DNA of 64,000 nucleotides, taken from NCBI GenBank assembly GCA_964609825.1, contig CAZSSH010000004.1:267037-331036 (forward strand), in the 5' to 3' direction. Origin of the DNA: an uncultured Victivallaceae bacterium. Its GTDB lineage: Bacteria; Verrucomicrobiota; Lentisphaeria; Victivallales; Victivallaceae. The first letter of the stretch is position 1. Every line of letters begins with the position of its first letter. The notes beneath the pieces were generated by a model. It did no database searches. It worked only from the letters and a program-made list of their open reading frames with translations, and was not told the origin of the DNA. Shown piece by piece: positions 60,450-64,000 of this stretch. The translations under genes were made by a program, and so were the position numbers.

Positions 60450-61802
60450 TTAGATGTATTTGGGGAGCATGTTGCCATGCGCCTTGATGAGCTCGTCGCA
60501 CATCTTGATGGTGTCGTCCACCGAAAGCTCGGCACTGGTGTGCGGGTCGAGCAAAGCGGCGTGATAGATGTGCTCTTTTTTGAGCGTCAGCGCGGCTTCG
60601 ATGGTGAGCAAGTGCACGTTGACGTTGGTCATATTAAGGGCGGCGCACTGGGGCGGCAATTCGCCGACAAAGCAACCCTGGACACCGTTGCCGTCCACGA
60701 GGCAGGGCACTTCCACGACCGCGTTGGTCGGGAGGTTGGTAATGAGACCGTCATTCATCACGTTGCCGCCGATTTGATACGGGGTGTTGGTGTAAATGGC
60801 CTCCATGATCCCGGAGCCGTACTCATGCGAGCGGGTGTGGGTCAAATTGGGGTTGTCGCAGACTTCCTTGTAGCGTTTCTTCCACTCGGCGATCTGGTTG
60901 ATACATCTGCGCGGATACTCGTCCAACGGAATGTTGTACTCGTTGATGAGCTCGGGGTAGCGCGATTTGATCCAGTAGGGCATGTATTCGGCGTTGTGTT
61001 CGCTCGACTCGGTGACGTAGAAACCGAATTTGCGCATGATTTCCAAACGGATCATATTGCCGGACTTGTCCTTAAGGTCGGCGGCTTTGCGCCAAAGCTT
61101 GAGTTTTTTGTCGGCTTCTTTTTTGATTTCGGGGTAAAGGTCTTTGCCGTTTTCGGTCAAGCTGAGGAGCCACGCCATGTGGTTGATCCCGGCGATGTGC
61201 GAGCGGACATTTTTCATCCGGTCGTCGCTGACGTCAAAGCCGAGAGTTTCGAGCAACGACTTGGGGCCGACCTGGACCGAGTGGCACAAGCCGACGGTTT
61301 TGACGTTGGTCGCCTGAAGCATGGCGCCGGTGAGCATCGACATCGGGTTGGTGTAGTTGAGAAACCACGCGTTGGGGGCGACTTCCTCAATGTCGTCGGC
61401 AAAGTCGAGCATCACGGGAATGGTGCGCAATGCGCGGAAAATCCCGCCGATGCCGAGAGTGTCGGCGATGGTTTGGCGCAGACCGAATTTTTTCGGAATT
61501 TCAAAGTCGATCACGGTGGAGGGCTCGTAGCCGCCCACTTGAATCGCGTTGACGATAAAGTCGGCGCCGCGCAAAGCGGCTTTGCGGGAGCGGACACCCA
61601 AGTGGGCGGTGATAGTGGCGCGGCCTTGATTGATGTTTTTGTTGAGCGTGTTGAGCATCATTTCGGACTCTTTGAGACGGTCCGCGTCAATGTCATACAG
61701 CGCAAAATGTGAGTCGCTCAACGATTCGCGGCACATACAGTCGCCCAAAACGTTTTTGGCGAAAACTGTGCTGCCGGCACCCATAAAAGTAATTTTCGGC
61801 AT
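60450..61802 (-). CDS. melA: Glycoside hydrolase family 4 alpha-galactosidase (MelA-like).
   Basis: 'MPKITFMGAGSTVFAKNVLGD' (NAD-binding) and 'CHSV'; the family is metal-dependent; 450 aa. Confidence 0.85.
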   Translation of the reverse strand: MPKITFMGAGSTVFAKNVLGDCMCRESLSDSHFALYDIDADRLKESEMMLNTLNKNINQGRATITAHLGVRSRKAALRGADFIVNAIQVGGYEPSTVIDFEIPKKFGLRQTIADTLGIGGIFRALRTIPVMLDFADDIEEVAPNAWFLNYTNPMSMLTGAMLQATNVKTVGLCHSVQVGPKSLLETLGFDVSDDRMKNVRSHIAGINHMAWLLSLTENGKDLYPEIKKEADKKLKLWRKAADLKDKSGNMIRLEIMRKFGFYVTESSEHNAEYMPYWIKSRYPELINEYNIPLDEYPRRCINQIAEWKKRYKEVCDNPNLTHTRSHEYGSGIMEAIYTNTPYQIGGNVMNDGLITNLPTNAVVEVPCLVDGNGVQGCFVGELPPQCAALNMTNVNVHLLTIEAALTLKKEHIYHAALLDPHTSAELSVDDTIKMCDELIKAHGNMLPKYI

Positions 61803-62035
61803 GATGGATTTTCCTTATGATTCTATGATTAACGATGAAAACTATGTTGCTTAATATACCATATATCGTGCAAATGTAAATAGGAAAGTTATGCTTTTAA
61901 TGGTAATTTTGTGCTTTTTTGATGTTTTTTTTATGCTAAAAATCAAGGATAAAGCGATTTTTGCGCTTGAAAATGTGCGCGGGAAAGGATATTTTAAGGC
62001 AAGGGCGGCGGTTAAACACTGGGAGCTGCGATCCT

Positions 62036-62875
62036 ATGATTAAATTTGACTTTTTTTACAGCGAGCGGACGGAGAAACTCCACTCGATGTTGATCAATTG
62101 CGGTCGGCAAGACACATCGAGCCATGATTATATCTGGCACGGGCTCAAGCGTGGCAACCGCGAGTTTGTGATCTGGCAGTACACCATTGCCGGGATGGGC
62201 GCATTGGATTTCAAGGGGGAGACCCACTTTATTTATCCGGGGCAAGCCTTTTTGCTGATTGTGCCGGAGGATCACTGTTATTACCTGCCGCGCGAGTCGG
62301 ATTCGTGGACCTTTATGTATGTCACGGTGTACGGCTCGGAGCTGATCCGCCTGGCCCGCGATTTTCGGCGGCGGCATGGGATTATCAAGAGTTACACCGA
62401 GGACTCGCCGGTATTGGCCAACGCCGAGGATTTGCTCGCCGTCGCCCACAATCAGCAGATCACCGACCGTTACATCGCCTCATCGTTGGCCTACTCTTTC
62501 GGTATGGCGCTGATGGCCGAGCCCGCCGGGCAGGAGCAGGACGAGAGCTACCGCGTCATCAGCAAAATCCACCAGTACTGCGTCCAAAATATCAGCAAAA
62601 ATATCACGGTCGATGATATGGCGGATTTTGCCGGGTTCAGTCGCTGGCATTTTTCACGGATTTTTCAAAAACTGGAGGGAATGCCGCCCCATAAGTTTAT
62701 GCTTGATCTTAAAATGCGGCTGGCGGTGCGTCTGCTGCAAACCACCGACAAATCCATCAAAGAGATCGCCAACAGCTGCGGCTTTGACGATGTCAGTTAT
62801 TTTTGCAAAGTTTTCCGCAATCACCACCGCATCAGCCCCGGCAATTTCCGGCACAATCAGGAGTCCGAGCCTTAA
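62036..62875 (+). CDS. AraC-family transcriptional regulator (cupin N-terminus + HTH), divergent from the GH4 gene.
   Basis: C-terminal 'FSRWHFSRIFQKLEGMPPHKFMLDLKMRLAVRLLQTTDKSIKEIANSCGFDDVSYFCKVFR'. Confidence 0.85.
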   Translation: MIKFDFFYSERTEKLHSMLINCGRQDTSSHDYIWHGLKRGNREFVIWQYTIAGMGALDFKGETHFIYPGQAFLLIVPEDHCYYLPRESDSWTFMYVTVYGSELIRLARDFRRRHGIIKSYTEDSPVLANAEDLLAVAHNQQITDRYIASSLAYSFGMALMAEPAGQEQDESYRVISKIHQYCVQNISKNITVDDMADFAGFSRWHFSRIFQKLEGMPPHKFMLDLKMRLAVRLLQTTDKSIKEIANSCGFDDVSYFCKVFRNHHRISPGNFRHNQESEP

Positions 62876-63000
62876 TTCTTGACGCAATTTTTGCAAAAAA
62901 GTGAAAGAGTGTGATCAAATCGGGTTGCAATCCGTGCTTTGTCAGATTATTTTATGCAAAAATAACATTAATGGATCAACCCCGAAATTACCTTTAAATT

Positions 63001-63861
63001 ATGAATCGTTTTTATAAAGAATTCATCGTTTTGCCCGGACAAAAACTCGATTTGTCCAAACACTCGCCCGACAACACGCTCGACTTTACCGACAAAGCGG
63101 CCTGCCTTAAGACGTTGAGCCAAAACAATCACGAAATCGCCCGCCTTCAGAGCGACCTCTATGCGGAAAACAAGCAGTCGCTGCTGATCATTTTGCAGGC
63201 GATGGACGCCGGCGGCAAGGACGGCACGATTAACAACGTCTTTTACTCGATGAATCCGCAGGGGTGCCGCGTCCAGTCGTTTAAGGCGCCGACCAAGCTT
63301 GAGGCGTCGCACGACTTTTTGTGGCGCGCCCACGCCAAGGTGCCGCATCAGGGCGAGGTGGTGATCTTTAACCGCTCTTATTATGAGGCGGTGCTGGTCG
63401 AGCGCGTCCACAAGTTTGCGACCGGCGAGGAGATGCTCCAGCGCTATGAGCACATCAACCACTTTGAGTCTTTGCTCCGGAGCAGCCGGACGCGGATTGT
63501 CAAATTCTTTTTAAATATCAGCAAAGAGGAGCAGCTCAAGCGCTTCGTGAAGCGCCTCGATTTGCCGGAGAAACACTGGAAAATTTCGAGCACCGACTAC
63601 CACGAGCGGCAGTTTTGGGATGAGTACTTGAAATCATTTGAGGTTGCCATCGGCAAATGTTCCACCGAGCACGCCCCGTGGTTTGTCATCCCGTCCAACT
63701 GCAAATGGTTCCGCAATCTCGCGGTATCACAGATTTTGCTGGAGACGTTGCGCTCGATGAACATCCAGCTGCCCGCCCCATCGGTCGATATGCAGGAAAC
63801 ACGTCGATTGGCGGCGATTGAACTCGCCCGTCAGCGCAGCGAGAGCAAGGATAAAGGTTGA
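63001..63861 (+). CDS. Polyphosphate kinase 2 family (PPK2) nucleotide phosphotransferase.
   Basis: Walker A 'LQAMDAGGKDGT' and a lid region 'RSYYEAVLVERV'; 286 aa. Confidence 0.85.
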   Translation: MNRFYKEFIVLPGQKLDLSKHSPDNTLDFTDKAACLKTLSQNNHEIARLQSDLYAENKQSLLIILQAMDAGGKDGTINNVFYSMNPQGCRVQSFKAPTKLEASHDFLWRAHAKVPHQGEVVIFNRSYYEAVLVERVHKFATGEEMLQRYEHINHFESLLRSSRTRIVKFFLNISKEEQLKRFVKRLDLPEKHWKISSTDYHERQFWDEYLKSFEVAIGKCSTEHAPWFVIPSNCKWFRNLAVSQILLETLRSMNIQLPAPSVDMQETRRLAAIELARQRSESKDKG

Positions 63862-63863
63862 TT

Positions 63864-64000
63864 TTATTTAATCATGGCCCAAAGACGGCCGGATTGATTG
63901 CGCACAAGCTCAATGGGGAGCTCAAAAATGTTGCTTAAGTTTTCGCCGGTGAGGACGTCTTCGCGTTTGCCGTTGTGGACGATGCGCCCTTTGGCGAGGA
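63864..64000 (-). CDS. ABC transporter ATP-binding protein (C-terminal ~45 aa only; the gene continues beyond the window).
   Basis: The minus-strand translation ends '…LAKGRIVHNGKREDVLTGENLSNIFELPIELVRNQSGRLWAMIK*', which is typical of an ABC ATPase C-terminus. Confidence 0.5.
   Translation of the reverse strand, partial: LAKGRIVHNGKREDVLTGENLSNIFELPIELVRNQSGRLWAMIK

Overview
This is a high-GC (~58-60%), gene-dense bacterial chromosomal window carrying about 55 protein genes, and it contains no CRISPR array, transposase or integrase. The best candidate for a previously undescribed system is a cassette of LacI regulator, DUF1559 prepilin-like protein and secreted glycoside hydrolase, which occurs three times in the same transcriptional order. 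The organism is most likely a PVC-superphylum bacterium (Lentisphaerae/Victivallales-like or Planctomycete-like), judging from the repeated '[24 protein letters not shown]' prepilin-type N-termini (DUF1559 / H-X9-DG family) and the many large secreted glycoside hydrolases. Genes I recognise with confidence: DNA maintenance (dinG-like helicase, ruvB, ligA, nrdR); central metabolism (transketolase, malic enzyme, asd, hisF, pheA, miaA, glycerate kinase, PPK2); and carbohydrate utilisation (GH78 alpha-L-rhamnosidase, L-rhamnose isomerase RhaA, sugar-phosphate mutarotase, GH2-type enzymes, a GH4 alpha-galactosidase with a divergent AraC regulator, and an acetyl-esterase). An NfeD-flotillin pair is also present. 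Promoters resemble sigma70 consensus (TTGACT-N17-TATAAT) and several clear rho-independent terminators are visible. The long antisense ORFs in the six-frame track are high-GC artefacts and are not called. Other items worth a second look are listed below. They are: a transketolase with a 40-aa Cys/Asp/Glu-rich C-terminal tail; a 56-aa 2x[4Fe-4S] ferredoxin missed by the ORF track; a ~380-nt ORF-free region that may be a structured RNA; a ruvB–Zn-ribbon–Schlafen/AlbA_2–dinG operon with ATGA overlaps; a flotillin with four tandem 60-bp in-frame repeats; and a PP2C phosphatase translationally coupled to an orphan OppF-like ABC ATPase. Coordinates I derived by hand (anything not taken from the ORF track) may be off by 1-2 nt.
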